Source: Alphaproteobacteria bacterium (GTDB taxonomy: Bacteria; Pseudomonadota; Alphaproteobacteria; RF32; CAG-239). Taken from it: DNA of 58,249 bases. Numbering within the stretch: position 1 is the stretch's first letter; each line of letters starts with the position of its first letter. Both the position numbers and the translations under genes were made by a program. The DNA lies in NCBI GenBank assembly GCA_017961285.1, contig JAGCXO010000032.1, forward strand, positions 1 through 58,249, given 5' to 3'. Of this stretch, positions 45,888-57,076 are shown piece by piece. The notes under the pieces are model-generated. The model worked only from the letters and a program-made list of their open reading frames with translations, had not been told where the DNA came from and did no database searches.

Positions 45888-48550
45888 TTTGATATCTCCT
45901 TTAGTTTATACAATTCTTCCAAAGCTTCACGCGGGCTCAAAGCGTCGGGATTTATCTGTTCCAAAGCCTCAAGCACCGGCGATTTTTTTGGTATTTCTTT
46001 TTCTATTTTTATCGCAGAAAAAAGCGGTAACTCGTCAGTTTGTTCTTTGATGCTGGTATTTTTCTTGTCGTTTTCAAGTGATGCCAAAACCTGCTCTGCT
46101 CTCTTTACGGCCAAGGGCGGAAGTCCGGCAAGTTTGGCAACATGGATACCATAGGACCTGTCTGCCGCGCCGTCGATTACTTCGTGCATAAAGACAACGT
46201 CACCTTGATATTCTTTAATCTTCATGCAGTGAAGCGACATTTTGTTCAACTTTTGCGACAGAGATGTCAACTCGTGGTAATGAGTGGCAAAAAGCGCACG
46301 ACAATGATTTATTTCGTGCAAGTGTTCAACCACAGCCCAAGCAATGGAAAGTCCGTCAAAGGTTGCGGTTCCGCGGCCGATTTCATCCAAAATAACAAGT
46401 GAGCGCTCATCGGCTTGGTTTAGGATCGCCGAAGTTTCGACCATTTCAACCATAAAAGTTGAACGACCGCGTGCCAAGTCATCAGAGGCTCCGACACGAG
46501 AAAATACTTTATTGACAACGCCAATATGCGCTGATGTTGCCGGAACATAAAAACCGGCTTGAGCCATTATGGCGATTAGTGCATTTTGACGCAAAAAAGT
46601 CGATTTTCCGGCCATATTAGGACCGGTAATAAGCCAAATATTGCTGTTTTTTTCACCCAAAACGCAATCGTTGCAGACAAAGGCATTTTGCCCCTCGGCG
46701 GCAAGAGAAACTTCTACCACAGGATGGCGACCTTCTTTTATTTCAAATAAAAGGCTGTTATCGACTTGCGGACGACAATATTTGCGCTCTATCGCGAGGT
46801 TGGCAAAACTTGAAGCAATATCCAATTCGCCGATGGCTTTAAGGCTGCGGGAAATGTCATCGGATGATATTTTGATGAGGTTAAGCAAGTTATTAAATAT
46901 TTCCAGCTCTATGTTCAGAGCTTTTTCGGCTGCATTGCGAATTTCGTTTTCAAACTCGTTCAACTCTACGGTGGTATATCTGACGGCATTTAAGACCGAT
47001 TGGCGATGGATGAACTGCTTATTTTCCATAAGCTGAACGGCATATTTGCTGGGAACTTCAATAAAGTGCCCGATCAAAGTGTTGTTTTTGATTTTTAGAG
47101 CAGAAATGCCTGTTTCTTCTTGGTATTTTTCCTGCATTTTTTCTATGCATCCCGCGGTGTTTCTTTGCAACTCGCGCAGGTTGTCCAAAGGTGGATAGTA
47201 CCCCTGGGCCACAAAACCTCCGTCACGTGCCAAAAGGGGCAAATCTTCGGCCAGTGCGTTTTTCAGCTCCATCACCAAATTTTGGTGTTCGCCGAATTTT
47301 TGGGTTATTTTTTGGATTGCGGGCGGAAGTTCTTGAAATATGTTTTCTTGCGGTGAGGCTAAAATATTTTTTATCTTTGGTAACAAAGACAAAGTTTCAC
47401 CGATAGAGGCCATATCACGCGGACCGCCGCGTCCGACAATCAGACGAGATAAAGCCCGCTCGGCATCGGAAGTGCCTTTGAGAATTGCCTGCAAGCGGTT
47501 GCGAGGATTGGCATTTTCTACAAAAAAATCTATGGCATTGAGACGGTTGTTAATTTCTTCTATGTTTAGCAACGGATTTGATAATCTCGATGCCAGCATG
47601 CGCGCACCGACAGCGGTGGCGGTATTATCCATTACATCCAAAAGAGAACTGTTGCGCACGGATGATGCGGAACTGATAATCTCTAAACTGCGCCTGGTTG
47701 AGGCATCAATTTCCATAATGTCGCGATTTTGAATTTTTGTAGGTTTTTCTATGCGGACATTTTGACTTTTTTGCGTATTTTGAACGTAGTCAAGCAGAAT
47801 ACCGGCGGCAGTGATTTCTTCTTTGGAAAAAGAGCCGTAAACCTCCATGCTTGAGACCTTGAAGTGCTCTAATAAATTGTGCAAAGCATTTTCGGAATTA
47901 AATCTGGCTTGCGGCAATACTGATAATTGAGGACGATAATCAGCAAAAATTTCAAAAATATGCGGGCTTTGCAAATAATTGTCGGAAATTAAAATCTCAA
48001 CCGGAGAAAGCCGCGACAAGAGAGAGCCCAATTTTGACTGCTCTTCTTTGTTGCCCAAAAAAGGAATTTCTTCGGTGTAAAACTCTCCGGTAGAAATATC
48101 GAGCCAAGAAGCTCCCAGAATACCGGTCGTTCTTACAATACTGAGCAAAAAGTTGTTTTTGCGGCTGTCCAAAAGATTGTCTTCGGTCAGAGTTCCTGCG
48201 GTAACAAGGCGGATAACATCTCTTTTGACAACAGCCTTATAGCCTCTTTTTTTGGCTTCGGCCGGGTCTTCCATTTGTTCGCAAATTGCAACTTTGTAGC
48301 CCTGTTTAATCAGCCTTGCCAGATAGTTTTCGTAGGCGTGAAAGGGAACACCACACATGGGAATCGGTTTATCGTTATAGTACCCCCTTTTGGTCAGTGT
48401 TAGATCTAAGGCTTTTGAGGCAACAACGGCATCATCAAAAAACATTTCATAAAAGTCACCGAGCCGGAAAAACAAGAGGTAGTCCGGATAGGATTTTCTG
48501 ATTTCAAAATATTGTTGTAAAAGCGGAGTTATATTATTTTTTTCGGCCAT
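45881..48550 (-). CDS. mutS: DNA mismatch repair protein MutS
   Basis: FFRLGDFYEMFF, TGPNMAGKSTFLRQ, STFMVEM, DEIGRGT, FATHYHEL. Confidence 0.98.
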   Translation of the reverse strand: MAEKNNITPLLQQYFEIRKSYPDYLLFFRLGDFYEMFFDDAVVASKALDLTLTKRGYYNDKPIPMCGVPFHAYENYLARLIKQGYKVAICEQMEDPAEAKKRGYKAVVKRDVIRLVTAGTLTEDNLLDSRKNNFLLSIVRTTGILGASWLDISTGEFYTEEIPFLGNKEEQSKLGSLLSRLSPVEILISDNYLQSPHIFEIFADYRPQLSVLPQARFNSENALHNLLEHFKVSSMEVYGSFSKEEITAAGILLDYVQNTQKSQNVRIEKPTKIQNRDIMEIDASTRRSLEIISSASSVRNSSLLDVMDNTATAVGARMLASRLSNPLLNIEEINNRLNAIDFFVENANPRNRLQAILKGTSDAERALSRLIVGRGGPRDMASIGETLSLLPKIKNILASPQENIFQELPPAIQKITQKFGEHQNLVMELKNALAEDLPLLARDGGFVAQGYYPPLDNLRELQRNTAGCIEKMQEKYQEETGISALKIKNNTLIGHFIEVPSKYAVQLMENKQFIHRQSVLNAVRYTTVELNEFENEIRNAAEKALNIELEIFNNLLNLIKISSDDISRSLKAIGELDIASSFANLAIERKYCRPQVDNSLLFEIKEGRHPVVEVSLAAEGQNAFVCNDCVLGEKNSNIWLITGPNMAGKSTFLRQNALIAIMAQAGFYVPATSAHIGVVNKVFSRVGASDDLARGRSTFMVEMVETSAILNQADERSLVILDEIGRGTATFDGLSIAWAVVEHLHEINHCRALFATHYHELTSLSQKLNKMSLHCMKIKEYQGDVVFMHEVIDGAADRSYGIHVAKLAGLPPLAVKRAEQVLASLENDKKNTSIKEQTDELPLFSAIKIEKEIPKKSPVLEALEQINPDALSPREALEELYKLKEISKC

Positions 48551-48637
48551 TTTAAATTCTTGCTCTTTTGTTTATTAAATTTAAACGTATTATATACTAG
48601 AATTGTTTTCAGTCCATTGTTTTATGGGATTTATACA

Positions 48638-50083
48638 ATGTTTAAAGCTCGAAATACGGTTTTTGGAATCGAAAAAGATCAGAATTTGGCCATAAGAGTT
48701 TTGGTTTTATCTATTCCTTCGTCTTTGGTTTTTGTTATTTTGGTTGCCCTGAAATTGTTGTCACCGAATATTGCCATTATGGCCTATTCGGCAGTGATTG
48801 TTTTTAATTTGTTTTGGCTGTTGCCGATTACTTTTGAGTTGCAACAACTGAAAAAATATATTTTTAATCTTTCGCAAGAGAATCCAGAACAAATTGAGCT
48901 TTTGCAGATTAATGAGAAAGATACTCAAGATATTGTCAACGCTGTTAATGAAATGCATCACTTTTGGACTAATAAGGCTGAAGCGTTGCAGGCTCAGACA
49001 ATGTCAGATACCGCAGTTCTTGATACTCTGCCCGATCCTATTTTGATGATTGATAAGAACGGGATTATATTGGGGGCTAATGATGCCGCTTATAAACTTT
49101 TGGGAAATAATATAAAAGAAAGCTCCGTTGATAAAATTTTTAATTCTAATAATTTTGTTAATGCAGTAGCAAGAGTTTTGCGCCAGGAAAGCAGTGCCGA
49201 AAATATTATTTTTTATGTTAATTCGGATAAGGATAACAATATTCCGCAAAAGAAACTTTATGCGCATATAAAACGTCTGCCCTGGATTTCTAAGGGAAAA
49301 ACCGTTGCTGTTATTTCTCTTTATGATTTCAGTAAAACCGTTAAAATTGAAAAAATGCAATCTGATTTTGTTGCTAATGCAAGTCATGAACTGAGAACTC
49401 CGCTTTCGGTTATTTCCGGTTTTATTGAAACTTTGCAAACCACTGCTAAAGATGATGAAAAAGCCAGAAATGAATTTTTAAAAATTATGGGTGAACAAGC
49501 CCGATATATGACTATTTTGATTGAGAATTTGCTTTCTCTTTCGCGAATTGAGCTTAATCAGGATAAAAATCCGGAGGATACTATTGTGTTGCCTCCTCTT
49601 ATTGATGATACTGTTGAGGCGGTCAGTTCAAAGGCAAACGAAAGACACATTGTTTTTGAAAAACAAATTGCAAAACAGCTACCAAATGTTGTGGCTGATT
49701 ATGGGCAAATCCGGCAACTATTGCAGAATTTGTGCGATAATGCCATAAAATATGGCGATGAGAACGGAAAAATAATTATAAGCGCAAAAAAATGCTCCAA
49801 AATTCCACCGGCAAAATCTTATCAGGTTGCAAGCGGTCCAGCTGTTGAGATTTCGGTAAATAATCGCGGGTCGCTTATTGCTCCTGAAGAAATAGACAGA
49901 CTGACAGAACGTTTTTATCGGATGAAAACCCATAAGGAAAAAAATATAAACGGAACCGGCTTGGGATTGGCGATTGTTAAGCATATCCTGATAAGGCACA
50001 AAGGCAATCTCAAGATTACATCTTCGGAAAAAGACGGAACCACTTTTACATTCTATTTACCGATTGAATTGGATAAAAATTAG
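48638..50083 (+). CDS. PhoR-like PAS sensor histidine kinase
   Basis: DFVANASHELRTPL, NLCDNAIKYG, RLTERFYR, GTGLGLAIVKH; start placed at ATG 48638. Confidence 0.88.
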   Translation: MFKARNTVFGIEKDQNLAIRVLVLSIPSSLVFVILVALKLLSPNIAIMAYSAVIVFNLFWLLPITFELQQLKKYIFNLSQENPEQIELLQINEKDTQDIVNAVNEMHHFWTNKAEALQAQTMSDTAVLDTLPDPILMIDKNGIILGANDAAYKLLGNNIKESSVDKIFNSNNFVNAVARVLRQESSAENIIFYVNSDKDNNIPQKKLYAHIKRLPWISKGKTVAVISLYDFSKTVKIEKMQSDFVANASHELRTPLSVISGFIETLQTTAKDDEKARNEFLKIMGEQARYMTILIENLLSLSRIELNQDKNPEDTIVLPPLIDDTVEAVSSKANERHIVFEKQIAKQLPNVVADYGQIRQLLQNLCDNAIKYGDENGKIIISAKKCSKIPPAKSYQVASGPAVEISVNNRGSLIAPEEIDRLTERFYRMKTHKEKNINGTGLGLAIVKHILIRHKGNLKITSSEKDGTTFTFYLPIELDKN

Positions 50084-51813
50084 TCAATTTCACTTGAAGG
50101 ATATATTATCAAAGGCTGATTTGGATCAATATCATTGCCTTGGTTTACGGCTTCGTGTAACGGAAGTTTGTAAAAATGCACAAATGTTACCGGTTTCATG
50201 GCGGTAGCTTTTTCTATACGACGGCGTATTTGCGAGCGTATATTATCCAGTATCGCAGTTTCTTGATAATTTAGTCTCGCGGCCGTTTCCGGCAGTAAAG
50301 GTGTTAAATCTTCAACTATTTTATCACGCAAAGCAGAAAATTCTTCAGGATTCCAAATATCTTTTGATGAAATACGCAATGCTATCAACTCCCATTTTTC
50401 ACCAAAAATTACACTAATGAAGACACTGCCGTTATAAGCTATTTGTTTGCGACGGCGGACAACTTCGGATTTTAGGGATATTATGACATTGCGGTCAACG
50501 GCCAAGACATCTGTCGGGACATTGGGCATTGGGACAACGGAATCTTTGCTCAATGCTATCGAGCCGCCGTTTTCAAGACTTATAATATCCTTTATACCGC
50601 AGGTTTCGGCAAAATATTTGTGTTCACGAATAAATTTTTTATCGCCGTGGACAGGCAATACTACTCGCGGGCGCAATATTTGATACATTGATTTAATTTC
50701 TTCTTTGCTACAATGGCCTGAGGTATGAACGAGCGCATCACTGTCAGTTATTACGTTAATGCCCTGGGCAATCAGTTTTTCTTGCATATTATTTATTTTT
50801 TCCTCGTTGCCGGGGATGATTTTTGAAGAAAATATCACACTATCGCCCTGACTTAGTTTTATGTAGGGATTTTGACCGTTGACAACAGAACTTAATACGC
50901 TTCGATAATTGGCCTGCGAGCCGGTGCATATGTATAATGCTTTGTCTGATGGTATGTTTTCACCTTCTTTGATATCGCAAAAATAGGGAACATCTTTAAG
51001 ATAACCGAGTTCTTTTGCTATTTTGACATTATTGAGCATACTACGACCGAACAAAATCGGGGTTCTTCCGGCTTTGTGTGCTGCAAGGATCAAACTTTCC
51101 ATTCTGGCAAGGTTGGAAGCAAAACAGGTGGCAACGACAGTGTTGGGAAGTCTTGGTATGAGATTGAGCAGACATTCTCTGACTTCGGATTCGCTGGGAA
51201 GCTCTTTATCTACCATTATGTTGGTTGAATCGCACACAAACATATCAACTCCTGAATCGCCCAATTCTTGCAGACGTTTGTAGTCGGTATGTAAATTGCT
51301 GATTTTGCCGTCATCAAAGCGCCAGTCGGTAGCATGTATCACTCTGATTCCTCCGGCGGTGATTGCAAGAGCTGACGTTTCCGGCACAGAGTGAACCATG
51401 GAGATAAACTCGACTTCAAAATTCGGCAATTTTACAATTGGATTTTCTTGGATGGATTGTAAAGGAACATTGTTTTCTAAATTATATTCCTTGAGACGAT
51501 TTTTTATTAGGCCGAGTGTGAAATCCGAGGCATATACCGGACATTTTAACAACGGCCAAACATGAGAGATTGCACCGAAATGGTCTTCGTGAGCGTGGGT
51601 TATGAAAATGCCTTCAAAATCTTTAGCTTTATCCGCAAAAAATGAGGCATCAGCAAAACAAAGATCTATGCCGGGGTAGTTATCATTTAGAAAACCATAT
51701 CCGCTATCTACCATTATGTATTTGCCGTTGTTTTCGTAGACATACATATTCATGCCTATCTCATCGGCGCCTCCCAAAGCTATAAAATGTATTTTTTTGT
51801 TTTCGTTATTCAT
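50080..51813 (-). CDS. rnj: Ribonuclease J
   Basis: ALGGADEIGMN, THAHEDH, HSVPE, HTSGH. Confidence 0.95.
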   Translation of the reverse strand: MNNENKKIHFIALGGADEIGMNMYVYENNGKYIMVDSGYGFLNDNYPGIDLCFADASFFADKAKDFEGIFITHAHEDHFGAISHVWPLLKCPVYASDFTLGLIKNRLKEYNLENNVPLQSIQENPIVKLPNFEVEFISMVHSVPETSALAITAGGIRVIHATDWRFDDGKISNLHTDYKRLQELGDSGVDMFVCDSTNIMVDKELPSESEVRECLLNLIPRLPNTVVATCFASNLARMESLILAAHKAGRTPILFGRSMLNNVKIAKELGYLKDVPYFCDIKEGENIPSDKALYICTGSQANYRSVLSSVVNGQNPYIKLSQGDSVIFSSKIIPGNEEKINNMQEKLIAQGINVITDSDALVHTSGHCSKEEIKSMYQILRPRVVLPVHGDKKFIREHKYFAETCGIKDIISLENGGSIALSKDSVVPMPNVPTDVLAVDRNVIISLKSEVVRRRKQIAYNGSVFISVIFGEKWELIALRISSKDIWNPEEFSALRDKIVEDLTPLLPETAARLNYQETAILDNIRSQIRRRIEKATAMKPVTFVHFYKLPLHEAVNQGNDIDPNQPLIIYPSSEID

Positions 51814-51822
51814 TATTTTACC

Positions 51823-52545
51823 TCAAAAATAAATATCACCGGCACTGATTGTCTTTATATCATTGTCAGAGGTTTTTAGCAGCAAATAACCTTGTTTGTC
51901 AAGCCCGGCAAATTCTCCGCTGATTTGTGTTTTTTCTCCTCTGACGGTTATTTTTTGGCCGATTTTATGTGCGTTATCAAGCCACATATCAATAATTTTT
52001 TGTTGTCCTTCTTTTTGATATGTCGAAACTATATTTGTAAATGCTTCTAAGTATGTCCGCATAAATCCTATTCTGTCAACGGCTATTCCGTGTTCTTTCA
52101 GGCAAGTAGCACTATAAGTTGCCGTGTTATCTATGTCGGGGGCCGCACAAATGTTCACGCCGATACCGATTATAACTTTTGAAGGCGGAACAATTTCCAA
52201 TAGAATACCGGATATTTTTCGATTGTTTATCAATACGTCGTTTGGCCATTTGAGCATTATATCGCAATCAGGTTTATAGTTTTTAATTGAATTAAATATT
52301 GCAAGGGATGATATCAGACCTAAAATGTTTGTATTTTCACTTTTCCAGCTGAAACCCAGTGTCATAAATAAATTTCCATCCAGACCAATCCATTTGTGTC
52401 CGAAGCGCCCTCTTCCATCTGTCTGCATTTTTGCAGTAACGACAATTTTGGATTTTTCCACTATAAGTTTTTTGGCCTCATCATTTGTGCTTTTGAGAGT
52501 GTCATAGTCTATCCATTGCCAATCATCAATAGCAATAAACGTCAT
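51823..52545 (-). CDS. birA: Biotin--protein ligase (monofunctional)
   Basis: STND, QTDGRGR, LKWPNDVL, KISGILLE, IGIGVN. Confidence 0.93.
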   Translation of the reverse strand: MTFIAIDDWQWIDYDTLKSTNDEAKKLIVEKSKIVVTAKMQTDGRGRFGHKWIGLDGNLFMTLGFSWKSENTNILGLISSLAIFNSIKNYKPDCDIMLKWPNDVLINNRKISGILLEIVPPSKVIIGIGVNICAAPDIDNTATYSATCLKEHGIAVDRIGFMRTYLEAFTNIVSTYQKEGQQKIIDMWLDNAHKIGQKITVRGEKTQISGEFAGLDKQGYLLLKTSDNDIKTISAGDIYF

Positions 52546-53963
52546 TTCAGTACCGCCATAAGTGTTTTTTCTATATCGTGCATCAGATATTGGGGATCAA
52601 TAATTATTATAACCATAACCAAAATATTTATGATCATACAAATATACACCCCTTTATCAACAATATCAAAACTGTTGTTTCTGGGTTCAAAATATACAGC
52701 GGTAATTATTTTTAAGTAGGCATATACTAAGATTATCATCGCAAACAGAACCGTGCCGATAATAATGAATTTGCCATCTATGACCATATTGTTGATAATT
52801 GAAAGTTTGCCCAAAAAGCCGAGCATTGGAGGAATGCCGATTAAGGATATCATAAAGAGCAACAGTGCGGCCGAAAGATATGGGCGCTGTGAGTGGACAC
52901 CTTTGATATCTTCAAGGCATGAAAGATATTTGCCTTTGCTGCGATAGCCGTAAAACACCGTATATATTCCGCTTACCGCAATTATATAAACAAGCAAATA
53001 GATAAAAGATGAAAGCAGGCTGTAATTGTTCAACGGAAGCAGACCAAGCAGAATTACCCCCATACAATATAGACCGCTGTATGCAAAAATTTTGCGAAGA
53101 TTATCCTCGCTGTTTGCTCCCACGGCACCCATAAAAACAGATAAAATACCGCAGATGGTAAATGTTTTATAAAAATATGGCAGTAAAGGTGCAAAAACAT
53201 TGGCAATAATGTTTATAAAACAAGCAAAATAGGCAAGAATGGGCACTATGGTTAAGTATCCGGCAACCGGCAAAATTGAAATTGAGACAACTTCTGCAAA
53301 CCAAAAATGGAACGGGGCTATCCCCATCATAAACAGCAATGCCATAAATATCAGCGACGCCGATATCAGTCCGATATTAAGAGATATTTGCTTTGTTTGA
53401 ATGCTTTGCAATATATTTGTATAATTTAAGTTCGAAATGTGGGTATGTAATATGAAAACTCCGGAAAAAAAAGCAATAATAAAAAGCAGACTGAAAATGA
53501 AATATTTTGCGGAAAGCTTTTTTTCTTTCGTGGTTTCTTCGATCAAAAGAAGAGGATAATTGCATAAAAAGCTTAATGATAAACTGAAGCATAAAATCCA
53601 TAGATTGGCGGCGGAGATTGCCAATGAGATACACAAAAGATTAAACATCATTATTGTGTAGAATGCAAAACTCGGAGTATTTTTGCTGATAAAGCGCTTT
53701 ACTGATAAATAGTTCCAGATGAGAACCAGTATATATATTAAAAACTTAAACAAGTTGGTGAAACTGTTGTTATAAAAATATTCGGCGGTATTCCTATTGT
53801 AAAAGATAGCACTAAATATTGCTGCCAATAAAATAAAAAAGCGGCTTATGGTATAAAATGTTTTTGGAGTGTATTGATGGCGGAATATACGCACAATCGT
53901 CATTGTGATAATTCCTATAAAAAGCAATATTTCCGGAGATAAAGCTATATATTTTTGAAGCAT
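52542..53963 (-). CDS. nuoN: Divergent NuoN-like antiporter-type subunit
   Basis: About 14 TM; APFHFW, IGIPPMLGFLGK; nuoN-birA-rnj synteny. Confidence 0.8.
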   Translation of the reverse strand: MLQKYIALSPEILLFIGIITMTIVRIFRHQYTPKTFYTISRFFILLAAIFSAIFYNRNTAEYFYNNSFTNLFKFLIYILVLIWNYLSVKRFISKNTPSFAFYTIMMFNLLCISLAISAANLWILCFSLSLSFLCNYPLLLIEETTKEKKLSAKYFIFSLLFIIAFFSGVFILHTHISNLNYTNILQSIQTKQISLNIGLISASLIFMALLFMMGIAPFHFWFAEVVSISILPVAGYLTIVPILAYFACFINIIANVFAPLLPYFYKTFTICGILSVFMGAVGANSEDNLRKIFAYSGLYCMGVILLGLLPLNNYSLLSSFIYLLVYIIAVSGIYTVFYGYRSKGKYLSCLEDIKGVHSQRPYLSAALLLFMISLIGIPPMLGFLGKLSIINNMVIDGKFIIIGTVLFAMIILVYAYLKIITAVYFEPRNNSFDIVDKGVYICMIINILVMVIIIIDPQYLMHDIEKTLMAVLK

Positions 53964-53966
53964 TTT

Positions 53967-55397
53967 TTACCCCATATACCAAAACGGATTGATGAATGTT
54001 GCCAGCAATAAAATTATGACCAGCATTAAAAAGACAAATACCGAAGCCGAAATATCTTGCGCACACACTGCGTTTTCTTGAGGTTCGGTTTGAGGATAAC
54101 GCAGATAAAACAGATGCTGTAAAAGGCTCAATGAACTGAGTACTATTGCCAGTAAAATAAATATGGACATTTTGAGGTTAAATTTAAGAAGGCCTGCAAA
54201 TATCAACATATTATTTAAGAATATTGATGACAGGGGCAGTCCTACGGCCGCTAAAATAAAAAATGATAATGCAAATGAACTGCGTTTTATATTGCACAAT
54301 ATTCCACATTCCATAAGCCCGTTGCACTGTTTTTCTTTTTCGATATGAGATAAAATTATCTCTATCGCCGCTACCACTATTATCCATGCAAAAAGAGAAA
54401 AACCTATGTTTTCCAACAATGTATCTGTCGGCAAAAGTGCTCCCAAAAGGTAGAAAATATAATATACCGAGCTGTATGAAAACAGCTTATATCTCACATC
54501 TCTGTTGCTAAATCCTATTAAAGCTATTACCAACATTGTAATTATGCTGATTATCTCAAGAGCAACAAGATATGGCGTCATTATGCTGGGTGCTGTCAGA
54601 GGGAAAAAGCGAATAAGCCCATAGACACCAGTTAGCGGCAATAAGTTGGCAATGATAAACACCAGCGGATTGGAGAGATTTGTGTTGATTGATGAAATCC
54701 AATAATGGAAAGGCCAAACAGGTATGCGTGATAAAAATGCCACAAAAATTGCACCCCAAACGAAAAACTGCAATTTAGGAATTAGGTGAGCATTACCAAT
54801 GTTTTGAATATTGAAATTTTGTTGGTTGAATAATATACAAAGCGCTATAAACAGAAAAACGGCACCTAACAGATTGTATAAGAAAAATCTGTATAAAATG
54901 TCTTGTTTTTTGATGTTGCCAAATATCCCGACAAGCATAAATAACGGCAGGAGCATTGCCTCAAAAAAGATATAGAATGAAAATAAATCGTATGACAAGA
55001 GATAATTTGTTATCATACTTAAGAAAAGCAGAGCAAATATTATCAAAGTTTTTTGACGATAGGTGTTGTTGCGTATCCCGATAAGGCCTAACAGAACGGC
55101 ACAATGCACCGCGGCTATCAACAACAGTGAAAAAATATCGGCACCGAAAACAAACTCTATTTTGGGCGTGCTGAGCCAATTTATGTTGCTTACGAACTGA
55201 ATATCTCCTTCTCCGCCGGCCACGGCACGAAGGGCAAAAAATATTATCAGCAAATTTGTTAATGTTACCAGCATTCCGAGTGAGAGGATGTTATTTCCCT
55301 TGGCTTCGGCGTTGTCTTTGGAGATGAGGGCAAACAATACTCCCAACAAAGGAATGGACATTATTAAGGGTAAAAAGATATTGGTTTGTTCTATCAT
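53967..55397 (-). CDS. nuoM: Divergent NuoM-like antiporter-type subunit
   Basis: DLFSFYIFFEAMLLP, PVWPFHYW, VGLP. Confidence 0.8.
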   Translation of the reverse strand: MIEQTNIFLPLIMSIPLLGVLFALISKDNAEAKGNNILSLGMLVTLTNLLIIFFALRAVAGGEGDIQFVSNINWLSTPKIEFVFGADIFSLLLIAAVHCAVLLGLIGIRNNTYRQKTLIIFALLFLSMITNYLLSYDLFSFYIFFEAMLLPLFMLVGIFGNIKKQDILYRFFLYNLLGAVFLFIALCILFNQQNFNIQNIGNAHLIPKLQFFVWGAIFVAFLSRIPVWPFHYWISSINTNLSNPLVFIIANLLPLTGVYGLIRFFPLTAPSIMTPYLVALEIISIITMLVIALIGFSNRDVRYKLFSYSSVYYIFYLLGALLPTDTLLENIGFSLFAWIIVVAAIEIILSHIEKEKQCNGLMECGILCNIKRSSFALSFFILAAVGLPLSSIFLNNMLIFAGLLKFNLKMSIFILLAIVLSSLSLLQHLFYLRYPQTEPQENAVCAQDISASVFVFLMLVIILLLATFINPFWYMG

Positions 55398-57049
55398 TTT
55401 GCAACTCCTTTATAATAAGTTGCAGCAAAAAGGACTATTCCGAATATTATGAGTAATATTTTTCCCCATATTTTGTCATTATGCAGGGATTTGAATGTAA
55501 AAATGAAAAAAAGAATCGAGTTTTTTATTGATGATATTATCGTTCTCTCTACCAAAAGAAAATCTATCGCTATGCGCAAACTTCTGCCGATTGCTTGAAT
55601 CGGATGAAGAATCATCCCCGAATAAATTGCTGTTGTAACATCTCCCGCTTGTATAAAACTTATGTTGTGGGCTTTGCCGAAACATTGCAACGGAAATATT
55701 AAGAACAGCAACAACCAAGTTATTATGATGCCTATAAAATATGCATATGTTATTGTCAGGTGGTCGTTATGCAATATAAATGCTACTAAAAATGACAAGA
55801 CCGGTAAGCTGATAAAAAATAATCGGCCGGAACTTATTGATGACTGTTGGCTGCCTTGATTTAGATATATTTCTGAGATGGTTTGTGATGTTATCAGCAT
55901 AATCAGTAATAGTCCACTCAGTGATAGCACTGTATTGTCTTTTGAAAAAATCAGCCAGTTAATGCAATATAGGCATATTGCTGCAAAATATATCAAAAAT
56001 AACATCTTAGAGTGACAGATATTGCCGGCTATTTTTGAAATATAGGTCTCATCACCGGAATCTTTGCTGATTATATTTAGAGAAACATTGAAAAGATATG
56101 CAGATGTGAGCAAAACAAAAAATTTATTGAGCGGGAAATTCGGCAACCATACATAGCCGGCATAGACCAACCCCCATAACAGCATTGCATTATATGAAGC
56201 TTTGCGCTTTAGGCTGTCTGATGAAATATAGCCCGAAAAGCCCCAAACTATGCTGAGACATGAAAAAATTTTTATCAGAGATTCCGAATAGCGGGAAATT
56301 GTCAAAATATTGTTCAACAAAAGCAGAGATATCAAGCCTATCAGCGGCGTGCTGGCAAAAAGAATAAAATTGAGGCGGTTAAAACTGAGTGAGGCTATTT
56401 TTTGATAGGTTACATGGAAAAAAGCCAAACCTGATTTGATAAAAATTGCCGCTAAAAGCATTATGGCAATAAAATCTCTGTGATGCCAGCTTTTGGTGTA
56501 TTCTTCCAAATGGGTTATATCAACTTTTCCCTGCTGTCCAAGAATTATGGCCAATATGTTAAGCAAAACAAAATCGGCAATAAAGTTGCCATAAATGTAG
56601 TATCTTTTGGCATTTAGGTCGTTAATCATTCCATAAACCACAACATCAGCCATTCCGACTGCCGCTAACAGTTGTATATAATTTATTGAACAAAAAGCCG
56701 TAATCATAAAAACACAATTGAAAAGTAGCAAGCCGCTGATGATATTTGGATTTTGCTCTTGCTGTGATATGGTATTGTAATATATGGCGATAGTATGCAG
56801 AATTAAAACGCCCAATATACCATAAACACCTGACTGCCATGGGTTTAGCTCTATGGACACCGGAAGATTGGGAATCGCTTGCCAAACAAAAGAAATTGCG
56901 TTGCCGGGATATGGGCTGAGAATGGAAAATATGCTATATCCCATTATGCATATAACTGCTAACGACCAAAAGGTTTTCATTCTCTTTGCCGGCAACAAGA
57001 GAGACAAAAACCCTACCGCAACCAATAAAAATATAAAATTTATAAACAT
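55394..57049 (-). CDS. nuoL: Highly divergent NuoL-like subunit
   Basis: Multi-TM; NYIQL, FIKSG..FH; C-terminal DFLLVE; position upstream of nuoM. Confidence 0.65.
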   Translation of the reverse strand: MFINFIFLLVAVGFLSLLLPAKRMKTFWSLAVICIMGYSIFSILSPYPGNAISFVWQAIPNLPVSIELNPWQSGVYGILGVLILHTIAIYYNTISQQEQNPNIISGLLLFNCVFMITAFCSINYIQLLAAVGMADVVVYGMINDLNAKRYYIYGNFIADFVLLNILAIILGQQGKVDITHLEEYTKSWHHRDFIAIMLLAAIFIKSGLAFFHVTYQKIASLSFNRLNFILFASTPLIGLISLLLLNNILTISRYSESLIKIFSCLSIVWGFSGYISSDSLKRKASYNAMLLWGLVYAGYVWLPNFPLNKFFVLLTSAYLFNVSLNIISKDSGDETYISKIAGNICHSKMLFLIYFAAICLYCINWLIFSKDNTVLSLSGLLLIMLITSQTISEIYLNQGSQQSSISSGRLFFISLPVLSFLVAFILHNDHLTITYAYFIGIIITWLLLFLIFPLQCFGKAHNISFIQAGDVTTAIYSGMILHPIQAIGRSLRIAIDFLLVERTIISSIKNSILFFIFTFKSLHNDKIWGKILLIIFGIVLFAATYYKGVAK

Positions 57050-57076
57050 TTATGACTCAATATTATGTTATAAGCA

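Noticed and set aside
57045-57072. dif-like site (TTATGTTATAA)
   Set aside because: Only a XerD-like half; no XerC arm at the right spacing.
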